The notes: a model not told the origin generated them from the letters alone. DNA of 64,000 nt from an uncultured Acidimicrobiales bacterium (GCA_943788915.1 CALSSD010000008.1:248001-312000); one strand, 5' to 3'. Shown: positions 20,263 through 30,470, numbered from the stretch's first letter. Made by a program: numbers and translations.

Positions 20263-21201
20263 TTAGTTCGTTAGTTCGTCGCGATGGTTGGCCAGGGCTT
20301 GCAGCGTTGGTTCGTGATCACCAACCAGGCGAAGCACAATATGTTGAGCGCCGGCGTCGATATAACCACGGATGAAGTCGAGAACCTGTCCAACCGTGCC
20401 GCCACGGCATGCCTGAAACGAACGCAGCACCTTCGGTGGTGCTCCGTAGTAGCTCGCGAGGTAGTCGTCGATCGACGCTTCAGCCGCGTCGGCGTCATCG
20501 CCAATCGCCACGGTGAGATACATCGCAGTAGTGAGATCTGCAGGATCTCGCCCTGCCTTGACCGCAGTATCGACAAAGAGTTGTTGGCGCTGTCCGAACG
20601 TCTCAGCGTCTGGGCCGATCGGAAACCAGCCGTCGTAGTGTTTCGCGGCCCGCTCGATTCCCACATCCGCTCCAGCAGCGAGCCAGACCGGAGGCCCACC
20701 GGGGTGATGTGGAACTGGCGCAAGCGAACCCTCGTCGACCTGCCACCGGCCGTCCCAGGAAACGGGGTCGCCCGACCACAATGCCTTGGACAGTCGAAGG
20801 CCCTCCATCAGCCGGCCAACTCGTCCCTCGAATGGCACACCGGCAGCGGTGAACTCCGCTCGTACCGCCGGAGTGTCACCCGCAATGCCGACACCAAGAA
20901 TCAAGCGCCCCTCACTGAGCTGATCGAGCGTTGCCAATTGATGCGCAAGCACAACCGGATTACGAAGCGCCGGTAACAACACCGCAGGGCCGAGTTCTAC
21001 GTCGGGCACAGCCGCAGCGACGGCTGCCAGGAGTGTGAGCGGATCGTGTCGTGGCCGAGCGAGCAACGAGTCGCCGACCCAGATCGAATCGAAGCCCAGG
21101 CTTTGCGCTCGACGGGCGCCATCAAGCAGCGACCGTGTTTCGGGATGGCCACTCATGATGTTCTCGCGCGTGGGAAGCAGGTAGCCGATCTTGGTGTTCA
21201 T
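20263..21201 (-). CDS. LLM-class (probably F420-dependent) oxidoreductase
   Basis: GFDSIWVGD, LATLDQLSEGRLILGVG and PPVW motifs. Confidence 0.9.
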   Translation of the reverse strand: MNTKIGYLLPTRENIMSGHPETRSLLDGARRAQSLGFDSIWVGDSLLARPRHDPLTLLAAVAAAVPDVELGPAVLLPALRNPVVLAHQLATLDQLSEGRLILGVGIAGDTPAVRAEFTAAGVPFEGRVGRLMEGLRLSKALWSGDPVSWDGRWQVDEGSLAPVPHHPGGPPVWLAAGADVGIERAAKHYDGWFPIGPDAETFGQRQQLFVDTAVKAGRDPADLTTAMYLTVAIGDDADAAEASIDDYLASYYGAPPKVLRSFQACRGGTVGQVLDFIRGYIDAGAQHIVLRLVGDHEPTLQALANHRDELTN

Positions 21202-21408
21202 AGGTCTAGTTCAGCCGCATTCGCCAACGAACTCCAAGATCTCATGATGGAACAGTCCCCAAATGGCACCACGACCAGCGGGATGTCACAAGACGCACGT
21301 GGGGTCGCACGGTACCCTCGGCGTAGGTTGTAGATGTATGAGTGGCCCGGGAACAGCCACGCTGCGAAGCGAACAAAACTGCGATATCCAAGTTGGTACG
21401 GTGGCGTA

Positions 21409-21600
21409 ATGGGACGAACGGTGGGTACCCCAGTGGTGGGCGCGGTCTGTGTCGTCGTTGCCTCCGGGCTCCGGCTGACCGCCGACTCGCAGGACTTCGC
21501 CGACGCAGAACTTTTTGGCCAGGTCCAGTACGCGCTTGAAACAGACGTTGTCCACACACCCGCTGACCAACGGGTGGTTATTGCAGCCGGAGGCGCCTAA
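21409..21600 (+). CDS. Possible 63-aa small protein or remnant upstream of the PAP2 gene
   Basis: TACGGT -10 lies 6 nt before ATG 21409. The ORF ends 5 nt before the next ATG and carries that gene's GGAGG RBS. Confidence 0.4.
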   Translation: MGRTVGTPVVGAVCVVVASGLRLTADSQDFADAELFGQVQYALETDVVHTPADQRVVIAAGGA

Positions 21601-21605
21601 CAAGC

Positions 21606-22430
21606 ATGCCGTGGCCTACCTGGCAGCAATCCGCGATTGCCGCCATCTTCTTTGCAGGTTTAATCGTCGTGTTTCGCCGCGCTCGACCTACTCCCCTGTC
21701 AACATCGCTCGCTCAGGCCGCAACCGAGATGACCATCATCTCCGGGCTGTATTCAATCTGGCGCATGGCCCGCAAGCTGCCGTTGGTCCAGGCCGAGGGC
21801 GCACTCGATCGTGGTCGTTCGATTGCCGAATGGCAGAACAGCTTCTTCCTGCCCAGCGAGCTCACGGTGCAGGAGTTCCTGGTCGACAATGCCTGGCTCG
21901 GCCACTTGGCCAGCCTTTATTACATCGGCTTACACGTGCCCGCGCTGTGGGTGTTCTTGGTGTGGTTGTTCCTCCGACAGCGCCAGGCGTTTTCGCAATG
22001 GCGCAATGTGCTGGCAATCCTGACCGCGTTCTGCCTGTTCATCCGGTTCATACGAGTCGCCCCGCCCCGGTTCCTTCCCGAGCTGGGTTTTATCGATCTG
22101 CCTGCCACCTACGACGTGTCTCCGTACGGCGCCGTCGGTACGGGCATCTCCCAACAGTTCGCGGCCATGCCATCGATCCACGTGGCGTGGGCTGCCATCG
22201 TGTCCATCGGTGCCGTTGCTGCCAGCACCAGCAAATGGCGGTGGTTCGCCTTGCTCCACCTAATCATCACCGTGCTTATCGTTGCTGGTACCGGCCACCA
22301 TTGGTGGGCCGACGGCTTGATCATCGCCCCGCTACTTATCGCCTCGCTGGCTCTCGACCGTTACGGCCGTCGCATACTGGCGTCGGTGATCAGTCGTTAC
22401 CAATCACCGCCAGGTGCAGGCCTGATCTGA
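21606..22430 (+). CDS. PAP2 superfamily membrane protein (AUR1/IPT-like)
   Basis: Multiple TM helices; VAPPR, AAMPSIH and TGHHWWAD motifs. Confidence 0.88.
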   Translation: MPWPTWQQSAIAAIFFAGLIVVFRRARPTPLSTSLAQAATEMTIISGLYSIWRMARKLPLVQAEGALDRGRSIAEWQNSFFLPSELTVQEFLVDNAWLGHLASLYYIGLHVPALWVFLVWLFLRQRQAFSQWRNVLAILTAFCLFIRFIRVAPPRFLPELGFIDLPATYDVSPYGAVGTGISQQFAAMPSIHVAWAAIVSIGAVAASTSKWRWFALLHLIITVLIVAGTGHHWWADGLIIAPLLIASLALDRYGRRILASVISRYQSPPGAGLI

Positions 22431-22541
22431 TCCGGCAAGCCGTTGGCCAGCACTTCGCGATGAAGCGACCCGTCTCAGATCATCGGCCAACTTCTTGCTC
22501 CGGCGGGCGCAGGGGTTTGGTGACCTGAATGGTCGGTGGGA

Positions 22542-22910
22542 TCAGGTCAGCCGGCGGGCGAAACTCAGCTCGTGGCCGTCGGGGTCCAGGATGTGGAAGT
22601 ACCGCTCGCCCCATGGTGCATCGGCGGGCATAGTCTCGGCCGGGTAACCATGACTCGTTGCCGTGGCATACACATGGTCGGGACTTGCGACATGGAAGAT
22701 GACCCGGCCCCACCCGATACCAGGTACTGCGCCAGTGTGCTGCAGGTTCACAAAGTTGGTGCCGATCTTGAGTGACGTGAACCCGGTGTCTCCACCACCG
22801 TAAACGGTCTCAAACCCCAGCCGGTTGTAGAACTGCACCGACGCAGCCATGTCGACAACGATCAACGTGATCGCGTTGATCTCTGTTGCAGGGATCTCTC
22901 GCTCGGTCAC
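22542..22910 (-). CDS. VOC/glyoxalase family protein
   Basis: DMAASVQFY and PWGERYFHILDPDGHEL motifs. Confidence 0.88.
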   Translation of the reverse strand: MTEREIPATEINAITLIVVDMAASVQFYNRLGFETVYGGGDTGFTSLKIGTNFVNLQHTGAVPGIGWGRVIFHVASPDHVYATATSHGYPAETMPADAPWGERYFHILDPDGHELSFARRLT

Positions 22911-22914
22911 CGGA

Positions 22915-23613
22915 TCAAGTCACGTCGGGGCTTGGGAACTCCGGCCACTCTTCGGCCGGGCGAGGCTGATCGAATCGAGTCGGATGTTCCGCACCTTCGA
23001 TGGCAGCAAAAGCTTGCTCAACCCACTCGCCCTGACCAGCGAGCGGCTCAGGCAAGTTGTCGCGGCCAAAGAACCCGACATCGAGCGTCTCGAGCGGATG
23101 TGGTTTTAGTTCGCCACCGGTGGCATGACAGAAGAAGACGAGCGAGTACAGAGGGATCCGAGTAAAGCCAGCACGCAGCCCGTCGATAACGGTGAGCAGA
23201 CGCACTGGCTCACAGTCCATGCCCGTCTCTTCTTTGACCTCTTTGACGGCGACTTCGGCTGGCGAGTAACCAACGTCGGCCCAGCCAGTTGGATACAACC
23301 AGATGCCGCTGTCGGATCGCTGTACCAGCAGGATCTCGCCATCGTCGTTGCCGACCACCGCGCCGATCGCCGTCTTCGGCGTCACATACCCAGCAGTGCG
23401 ATCGCCCACACCCTTCATCCATTCGGAGACCTGCGCGTCGACGTCGAAACCTCGACCCGAATGGGCCTTGATTTCGGCGGCGACGTGCAGAATCTCTTCG
23501 AACCGTTCTTGCTCGTACAGGCTCTCGGTGAAAGCCAGGCCGGTCTGGGCAATGCCAGCCAGGGACTCGGCCCATCGCAGCAGTTCGAGTTCAGTCAGTG
23601 GAGTATCAGCCAT
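22915..23613 (-). CDS. NUDIX hydrolase with Nudix_N domain
   Basis: GIAQTGL, GYVTPK and the Nudix box GWADVGYSPAEVAVKEVKEETG. Confidence 0.9.
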   Translation of the reverse strand: MADTPLTELELLRWAESLAGIAQTGLAFTESLYEQERFEEILHVAAEIKAHSGRGFDVDAQVSEWMKGVGDRTAGYVTPKTAIGAVVGNDDGEILLVQRSDSGIWLYPTGWADVGYSPAEVAVKEVKEETGMDCEPVRLLTVIDGLRAGFTRIPLYSLVFFCHATGGELKPHPLETLDVGFFGRDNLPEPLAGQGEWVEQAFAAIEGAEHPTRFDQPRPAEEWPEFPSPDVT

Positions 23614-23629
23614 GTACTAGTTGAAGCTA

Positions 23630-24391
23630 CTACTTACCGGTCCAGTTTGGGGCCCGCTTCTCGGCGAAGGCGGTTGCACCTTCGATGGCATCGGCGCTGC
23701 CGAACACGCTGTCGAGCACAGGTTGCTGATCGCCCCAGAACGCGCCGTCGACGCCGCCGAGATCACGGATAAGACGCTTTGATGCTGCCAGACCAAGAGG
23801 TGCATTCTTTGCCACCCGCGCGGCCAGTTCGAGGGCGCCTTCGAGCGCTTCGCCCTTCTCGGTCAGGACCTGAACCAGGCCAAAGTCGTGTCCTACCTCG
23901 GCAGTGATGGGTTCGCCGGTAAGCGCCATCTGCATGGCCAGCCCGTAGGGCACTCGACGTGGCAAACGAGAGAGTGCGCCAGCCCCAGCAAAGAGACCCA
24001 CACCAACCTCGGGGATACCGAGCTTGGCGCCCTTGGAGGCCACCAGCAAGTCACAGCTCAGCGCGATCTCAAGGCCACCAGCAAGAGCGAAACCTTCGAC
24101 CGCAGCGATGAGCGGCTTGTCGGCTGCCATCTCGGCGATACCAGCGAAGCCACGCTCGGGCAGGTTGGGCATACCGCCAGAGACGAATGCCTTGAGATCC
24201 ATGCCGGCGGAAAAGCCTCGACCGTTCGCGGTCAGCACACCAACCGACAGGTCAGGATTCGCGTCGAGCTCAACCATCGCAGCCGCCATCTGCTCCGCAA
24301 GCGCCATATTCACGGCATTCATTGCTTCGGGCCGGTTGAGGGTGATAATCATCACCCGGTCACGAATCTCGGTCAACAGTTCATCTGCCAT
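23630..24391 (-). CDS. Enoyl-CoA hydratase/isomerase
   Basis: LNRPEAMNA, FSAGMDL, ALAGGLE and PEV motifs. Confidence 0.92.
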   Translation of the reverse strand: MADELLTEIRDRVMIITLNRPEAMNAVNMALAEQMAAAMVELDANPDLSVGVLTANGRGFSAGMDLKAFVSGGMPNLPERGFAGIAEMAADKPLIAAVEGFALAGGLEIALSCDLLVASKGAKLGIPEVGVGLFAGAGALSRLPRRVPYGLAMQMALTGEPITAEVGHDFGLVQVLTEKGEALEGALELAARVAKNAPLGLAASKRLIRDLGGVDGAFWGDQQPVLDSVFGSADAIEGATAFAEKRAPNWTGK

Positions 24392-24465
24392 GGCACAAAT
24401 CCTTCTTCAGCTTCACGACGTTGTGCGCCGAGTCTAGAAACCCCGCAGCTGCTACCCGTAATCAG

Positions 24466-24500
24466 CGAATTGTTACCTCCCCTGGGGACGTAACAATTCG
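24466..24500. repeat. Palindromic repeat family A, copy 1 (inverted variant)
   Basis: CGAATTGTTACCTCCCCTGGGGACGTAACAATTCG. Confidence 0.8.
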
Positions 24501-24608
24501 TTGCGAGAACGAGGTGGCGACAACGGAGCCATCACCGTGTGAAGTGCCTCTGGGAACGATGAGATTCCCCTCCCCAGATCTCATGCGGGCCTGCCCAATG
24601 GCGTCGTG

Positions 24609-25730
24609 TTAGCTGTCTCGGGCCGCGGCAGGAGCGACCGAGATTTCGGTGGCTTTGACCGATGCCCACACTGCTGAGCCCGGCTGCAGGTCGAGCGCGG
24701 CAGTAGCGCCTGGTGTGATGTCCACACCTAACGGCAGCGGGTTTGCCAACGTAATCCGGGTCGTATCGCCGAGCGGTTCCACACTTGCCACCGTGGTCTC
24801 CCACGTATTACGTGGGCTTCCTGAAGGCTGCTGTTTGTGGAGAGCAATAGCCGTGGGGTGCACCGTGATCAGGACTGGTCCTTCGACGCTCGTGTCCGCC
24901 GTCTGCAGTCCGTGGTGATGATCGTCGAGCGTCAGCACCCCGCCGCGATTGACACCGGCCAGAAGGTTCGTACCGGCCAAGGCTGCGACGTAGGGGGTCG
25001 CGGGTCGGCGTCGGATGTCCTCGGCGGAGCCGACCTGGGTCAGACGCCCATCCTCGACAATCGCGATCCGATCGGCCAGCAAGAAGGCATCGGTTGGGTC
25101 ATGGGTGATAAGCAACCGAGGACCAGCAAAGGCGGCCAGGTGCTGGGCCAGCACCCGGCGAAGCGTTCCCCTGGTCGTGACATCGAGCGCAGCCAAGGCT
25201 TCATCAAGAAGAAGCAGATCGGGTTTGGATGCAAGAGCTCGAGCGAGGGCAACTCGCTGGGCCTGACCACCGGAGAGGTGGAGTGGCTTCCGGTCGCCAA
25301 GTGCACGAATGCCCAGCCGCTCAAGCAGGTCCTCCGCCAACTGGCGAGCCTGCGGTTTGGCCTCACCCAGCGATACCGGACCAAACATCACGTTCTCGAG
25401 CACCGATAGATGATCGAACAGCAAGTAGTCCTGGAATACCACGCCGATGCCGCGCTCTTCTGGAGGTACGAAGATGTTCGTGGCTGGCCGGTCGAGCACA
25501 CGATCAGTAAGCACAATGTGACCGCCATCAAGAGGCGTCAGACCTGCCAGCGCTTCGACGGTGGTGGACTTGCCTGCCCCATTTGGGCCAAGCAGTGCCA
25601 GTGTCTCACCCGGTGCAATGGTGATCGCCAGATCGAGCACAAATCCATCTGGACGTTCGACTACCAGGTGGGTGTCAAGGCCGTCTTTGCTGCACTGCTC
25701 ATTCCTGCACTGCTCATGACGTTGACCCAT
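24609..25730 (-). CDS. modC: Molybdate ABC transporter ATP-binding protein with TOBE domain
   Basis: GPNGAGKS, LSGGQAQR, LLLDE and a C-terminal TOBE domain (ASVKATEI). Start ambiguous. Confidence 0.9.
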   Translation of the reverse strand: MGQRHEQCRNEQCSKDGLDTHLVVERPDGFVLDLAITIAPGETLALLGPNGAGKSTTVEALAGLTPLDGGHIVLTDRVLDRPATNIFVPPEERGIGVVFQDYLLFDHLSVLENVMFGPVSLGEAKPQARQLAEDLLERLGIRALGDRKPLHLSGGQAQRVALARALASKPDLLLLDEALAALDVTTRGTLRRVLAQHLAAFAGPRLLITHDPTDAFLLADRIAIVEDGRLTQVGSAEDIRRRPATPYVAALAGTNLLAGVNRGGVLTLDDHHHGLQTADTSVEGPVLITVHPTAIALHKQQPSGSPRNTWETTVASVEPLGDTTRITLANPLPLGVDITPGATAALDLQPGSAVWASVKATEISVAPAAARDS

Positions 25731-26520
25731 GCGACCACCAGCGGTCCCTCAACAGCAATAACACCGCCAGAGACACCGCCACCAGCACCAGGCTTATCGC
25801 TACCGCGGTGTCGCGATCTTGTTCGAGCGCCACGAAGACGGCAAGCGGCAAGGTTTGAGTACGGCCTTGCAAGTTGCCTGCAAACGTCACAGTGGCGCCG
25901 AACTCACCGAGTGCTCGAGCCCATGCCAGTACTAGGCCAGCTCGTAGCGACGGACTGATCATGGGCAGCGTGATTCGGCGAAAGACCGTCAAGCGCGACG
26001 CTCCCAGGGTCGCTGCGGCGGCTTCGTGACGGCCATCGAGATTACGCAGCGCACCTTCTACCGTCACCACCAAGAACGGCATGGCAACAAACACATTGGC
26101 AACCACCACACCCCACACCGAGAACGGCAACAAGAATCCGGTGGCGTCGTTGATCGGCTCGCCGATGACACCCCGGCGGCCGAGCGCGAATAACAACGCG
26201 GCTCCCCCAACGACGGGTGGCAACACCATCGGCAACGTCACAATCGCGCGCACAATGTGGCGGCCCGGGAAATTGACCCGAGCCAGCACCCACGCCAGCG
26301 GCACACCTAACAGCAACGAGATGAACGCAGCGAGCACTGAGGTCAGGAGCGAGAGTTTGAGGGCATCGACGACCACGTCGCTGGCCACGAGTTCACCCAG
26401 TCGAGACCATGGCGTGCGGGTAATCAGCCCAACCAACGGCAACACGAATACCGCTGCGCCGATTGACCCAAGCGCAACTAGTTGCCACGGCGCTCGCTGC
26501 CGAATCCTGCGACCAGTCAT
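25714..26520 (-). CDS. modB: Molybdate ABC transporter permease
   Basis: LPMVLPPVVGG, EAAAATLGA and ARALGEFGAT motifs. Confidence 0.95.
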   Translation of the reverse strand: MTGRRIRQRAPWQLVALGSIGAAVFVLPLVGLITRTPWSRLGELVASDVVVDALKLSLLTSVLAAFISLLLGVPLAWVLARVNFPGRHIVRAIVTLPMVLPPVVGGAALLFALGRRGVIGEPINDATGFLLPFSVWGVVVANVFVAMPFLVVTVEGALRNLDGRHEAAAATLGASRLTVFRRITLPMISPSLRAGLVLAWARALGEFGATVTFAGNLQGRTQTLPLAVFVALEQDRDTAVAISLVLVAVSLAVLLLLRDRWWSHGSTS

Positions 26521-27260
26521 GGTGCGATGAATCCAGCATCAGCGAGTAACGCCTGGCCCGGAGCAGACAGAACGAAGTCGAAGAAGGTGCGGGCTAGGTC
26601 GGGATTCGGCGAGTCGGTCAGGACAGCGATCGGGTACGTGATGGCCACGTCGGTGTTGGCGGGAAGCGCAATGCCCTCGATCTCAGGCGAGGCAATGACG
26701 TCGGTTGCGTACACGATGCCTGCGTCGAGTTCGCCCGCCTCGAGTTTGGTCACCAGCGCTCGCACGTCGCCCTCGTTCGTGTCGATCGACGCCACGACCC
26801 CGGCTTGATCGAGCGCCTGGCGGGCGAACTGACCACAGGGAACCTGCTCGCCACACAGCCCGACGAGCAGATCGGGGTCGGCCAGGTCGGCGATGTCTGA
26901 AACGTTGGCTGGATTGCCTAGCGGAACGGCGATCTGCAGCGTATTGCCAGCGAATGGAGTCGACGTGTTGGCCGCTCCCGCATCGACAACGGCCTGCATG
27001 GTCGACGCGTTCGCCGATGCGAACACGTCGGCGGGTGCGCCTTGCACGATCTGTTCACGTAACGAGGCACTTCCTGCCAGATTCAGCTGCACATCGATCT
27101 CGGGGTTCGCTGCTTCGAAGGCCGTCTCGATCCCGATGAACGCATCAGTGAGCGATGACGCGGCCATGACCAGCACGGTCTCGCGGTCATCGCCACCGGA
27201 ACAGGACGAGAGCAGGAGAACAATCGTGAACGCTGCAAGCGCCGCAACCCTGTTCCTCAT
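26517..27260 (-). CDS. modA: Molybdate ABC transporter substrate-binding lipoprotein
   Basis: Lipobox LSSC, AASSL, GAPADVFASA, VPCG and DAGIVY.TD; GAGGAG RBS. Confidence 0.95.
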   Translation of the reverse strand: MRNRVAALAAFTIVLLLSSCSGGDDRETVLVMAASSLTDAFIGIETAFEAANPEIDVQLNLAGSASLREQIVQGAPADVFASANASTMQAVVDAGAANTSTPFAGNTLQIAVPLGNPANVSDIADLADPDLLVGLCGEQVPCGQFARQALDQAGVVASIDTNEGDVRALVTKLEAGELDAGIVYATDVIASPEIEGIALPANTDVAITYPIAVLTDSPNPDLARTFFDFVLSAPGQALLADAGFIAP

Positions 27261-27342
27261 CCTTATCTCCTCGAATAGTCTCGCCGAGAATAGCGCCATA
27301 GTCTCGTTGTTACTAGTTCACGATCTCGGCTAAGTTCACGGC

Positions 27343-27840
27343 GTGGCGACGCCAGAACTCTCCTTGACCGAGTGGGTCGTGCTCGCGTTGGTCGGCGAAT
27401 CCCCTACACATGGGTTCGCAGTCGCTCGTGAGCTCCAGGCCGAAAGTGATCTCGGGCGTATTCTTACGGTGCACCGACCGCTGGTCTACCGAGCCCTTAG
27501 CCGGCTGCAGCAGGCAGCCCTTGTCGAAGAAGCAGCAACCGAACGCGGCGATGCCGGCCCCAATCGCACCGTCATGCGAGCGACCCGCTTGGGTAAAGCG
27601 GCGCTCAAACGGTGGTTCGTTCAACCCGTCGACCATATTCGGGACCTACGCATTGAGTTCCTGATCAAGCTGCGGCTTACCGAACGTCGAGGCAACGATG
27701 TACAGCCACTCGTCGATGCTCAACGCAGCGAACTCGCCCCCACCTTCGAGCTACTCGCCAACCCGCCAGCTGGCGATGTGGTCGACCAATGGCGCCGCCA
27801 AAACGCCATCGCCGCCCGCACCTTCCTCAACGACCTCTAG
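27343..27840 (+). CDS. PadR family transcriptional regulator, divergent from modABC
   Basis: PTHGFAVAREL, VYRALSRL and TRLGKAALKRW winged-helix pattern. Confidence 0.85.
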   Translation: MATPELSLTEWVVLALVGESPTHGFAVARELQAESDLGRILTVHRPLVYRALSRLQQAALVEEAATERGDAGPNRTVMRATRLGKAALKRWFVQPVDHIRDLRIEFLIKLRLTERRGNDVQPLVDAQRSELAPTFELLANPPAGDVVDQWRRQNAIAARTFLNDL

Positions 27841-27875
27841 CGAAAAGTTACGTCCCCAGGGGTACATAACTTTTC
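27841..27875. repeat. Palindromic repeat family A, copy 2
   Basis: CGAAAAGTTACGTCCCCAGGGGTACATAACTTTTC, directly after the padR stop; identical to 31991-32025. Confidence 0.9.
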
Positions 27876-27989
27876 ATATGGCATAAAGAGCTCTTCGCCG
27901 ACCTCCCTACACCGATGGCCACAAACAACGTGTTGCAGCACTTCGCGTGCACGAGCGCTGAGTTCCTCGCCTCGCGCACGTAGGTGGCG

Positions 27990-30326
27990 TCAGTCGTCGT
28001 CTCGGGCTGACAGGACTTCGAGAAGCGCGGCCCGCAGTGCCTCTTGCGCTTCTGCGTCGGTGAATTTCGCCCCATCGAGTGTCTGTACATAAAACGAGTC
28101 GACGACGTCTCCGCCGACCGTCTGCACTCGAGCCTGCTGAGTGTCAAGCCCGGCAGCAACGATGGTCGAGCTGACCTCGTAGAGAAGACCAAGCCGATCG
28201 GGCCCGGCAACTTCAATCACGGTGCTGTCTGCTGACACCTCATTGTCGAAGTCCACTCGGACCGTTTCGATTGGTTGCGGGGCCTGGACGGAACGACGCA
28301 GAATCGAACGCTCACGAGCTTCGAAGCGTGACGTGAGATCGTCGCTGTTCCCCAATACCTCTTCGACCAGTTCGACCGCTCGCTCCCAGTCGACGGGGTT
28401 GTCCTCTTCGTAGGCGTCAGCGACCTGCAGGACCTCGAGCGCCTTGGTGCCCGTCACATGGATCTGGGCGTCGACGATACTCAGATCACAAAGCGCGAGT
28501 GCCCCGGCTACCCGTGCAAACAGGCCCGGCCGGTCCCTCGTCACGATCTGCAGTGTCTGATCGCTGCCAAGAACGACATGTTCGTGTGCCGCCATGAGCG
28601 CCAGGTGTTCATCTGCTGGGAACGATCGATCGAGGGTGGTCGTGCCGTCGGACTCAAGCCACCGATCAGTTGACCGGGTCAGCTCGCCCATCAGGTAGGC
28701 CTTGTTGCGAGTCCAAGCAGATGGCCCGGTCGCAATGGAATCTGACTCGCTCAGAGCCGCAAGCAAGTGCAAGAACGACCTGGTTCGCACCTGCTCCGCC
28801 ACCGCGGCGATCGTGCCCGGGTCCTCGATGTCGCGGCGGCTGGCTACATCGACCAGCAACAGGTGATGCTCACACAAACGCTTGAGCATGTCGACATCAT
28901 CGACGGTGAATCCCATATTCGACGCGATCGTGTCAATGAGAACTATGCCCACTTCGGTGTGATCGCCGGGGTAGCCCTTGCCGATGTCGTGAAGCAACGC
29001 ACCGACGACTAACAAGTCGGGACGGTCAACCGTGTCGGTGAGCGTCGACGCAATCGACGACGCTTCAAGCAGGTGGCGGTCAACCGTAAACCGGTGGTAC
29101 TGATTGCGTTGCACCTTGCTGCGGTTCGGCTCCCACTCGGGCAGCAGCCGAGTGAAGAGTCCAACATGATCGAGCGCCTCGACCACATGGATTGCGCTGT
29201 CGCCGGTGCGCAGTAGCCGCACGAATAGCTCGCGCAGTTCATCGGACCATGGCGTCGTTATCTCAGCGCCATGGTCGACGAGCTGGTCGAGTGAATCGCG
29301 ATCCAGGCGGGCCTCGTTCTCTGCTGCAGCAACCGCAAGTCGAAGCATCAACGCTTGGTCAGTGCTGACGGGACTTCCCGGCGCGATCGCGACCGTGCCG
29401 TCGACGAGATACACATGATCAGCGATTCGTTTCGGCTTACCTGCTCGGAGCCGTAAACGGCGCAGGCTGTTCCTGACCCGCAGAAAGACATCGTCGGCGA
29501 TCCAGGTGATCGTGCGGGCCGAAGCGGCGACTTGGCTCATCATCACATCGGCATCACCGATACCGAGCGCGTCGGCAACCGAGTCTTGTTCTTCGAGAAG
29601 CAACACGTCGCCTTTGCGAGAGGTACCTCGGTGCAGTTCAACTCTGGCCGCCAACAGAACATCGTTCGCTGCTCGGAGGTCGCGGCGTTCTTGGTCGAGC
29701 AGCTCAATACCGCTGGCCTCGATCCACTGCACCGCATTGATGTCGCGCAACCCGCCACTTGATTCCTTCAGATCGGGCTCAAGAAGATAAGCAACTTCGC
29801 CGTTGGTGCGTTCGCGGTCGCGAGCATCGTCGACAATCTGAGGTAACCATTTGCGACGGTTCTTGCGCCAGGTTCGGCTGGACTCTTCGGCGAGATCGTC
29901 AGATAGCTCAGCGTCGCCAGCCAGGTGGCGCAGGCTCAGAAGTGAGGTCGCTGTTTCGAGATCTGTCGATGCCAACTCAATACTCTGGGCAATCGTGCGC
30001 ACCGAGTGGCCAAGCGCAATCTTCTCATCCCAGACCGGAAACCACAGCGCTTGGGCCGCCTCTTCGAGGTCTTCCTGGTTCCAGCCATTGTGCAACAACA
30101 TCACGTCAAGGTCACTCTGCGGACTGAGGGCACCTCGGCCGTAGCCACCAACCGCCACCAAGCTGATGCCGGAGCGCCCACCCAAACGATCAGCAAAAAG
30201 CTGCTGGAGCCATTCGTCGATGCGGCGCGAATATGCCCGGCAGAAGACTGTGCCAACGAGAGATCGGTCGGCGAATAGTTCTTCGCGGTTGATTTCGGGA
30301 GACACGCCAAAACCATCTGCAGACAT
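27990..30326 (-). CDS. glnD: [Protein-PII] uridylyl/adenylyltransferase
   Basis: AVGGYGRG.LSP.SDLD NTase, EPDLKE..GGLRD, HD domain (LLHDIGKG) and two ACT domains. Confidence 0.95.
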   Translation of the reverse strand: MSADGFGVSPEINREELFADRSLVGTVFCRAYSRRIDEWLQQLFADRLGGRSGISLVAVGGYGRGALSPQSDLDVMLLHNGWNQEDLEEAAQALWFPVWDEKIALGHSVRTIAQSIELASTDLETATSLLSLRHLAGDAELSDDLAEESSRTWRKNRRKWLPQIVDDARDRERTNGEVAYLLEPDLKESSGGLRDINAVQWIEASGIELLDQERRDLRAANDVLLAARVELHRGTSRKGDVLLLEEQDSVADALGIGDADVMMSQVAASARTITWIADDVFLRVRNSLRRLRLRAGKPKRIADHVYLVDGTVAIAPGSPVSTDQALMLRLAVAAAENEARLDRDSLDQLVDHGAEITTPWSDELRELFVRLLRTGDSAIHVVEALDHVGLFTRLLPEWEPNRSKVQRNQYHRFTVDRHLLEASSIASTLTDTVDRPDLLVVGALLHDIGKGYPGDHTEVGIVLIDTIASNMGFTVDDVDMLKRLCEHHLLLVDVASRRDIEDPGTIAAVAEQVRTRSFLHLLAALSESDSIATGPSAWTRNKAYLMGELTRSTDRWLESDGTTTLDRSFPADEHLALMAAHEHVVLGSDQTLQIVTRDRPGLFARVAGALALCDLSIVDAQIHVTGTKALEVLQVADAYEEDNPVDWERAVELVEEVLGNSDDLTSRFEARERSILRRSVQAPQPIETVRVDFDNEVSADSTVIEVAGPDRLGLLYEVSSTIVAAGLDTQQARVQTVGGDVVDSFYVQTLDGAKFTDAEAQEALRAALLEVLSARDDD

Positions 30327-30399
30327 GACCGCAGGCTAATACCGGTCGCGTCTTGCAACGCAGCCGAAACACGCTGTTCACATCACCGCACCGCTGCCG

Positions 30400-30430
30400 G
30401 CGTCACGTGGGGTCTGACCCCGCGTGACAC
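30400..30430. repeat. Palindrome with GGGGTC-T-GACCCC core
   Basis: GTCACG-T-GGGGTCTGACCCC-G-CGTGAC, between divergent glnD and esterase genes. Confidence 0.65.
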
Positions 30431-30470
30431 GCGTTAGCCCCCACCGGGGTGGTGGTTCTAGTGTCCGGGC

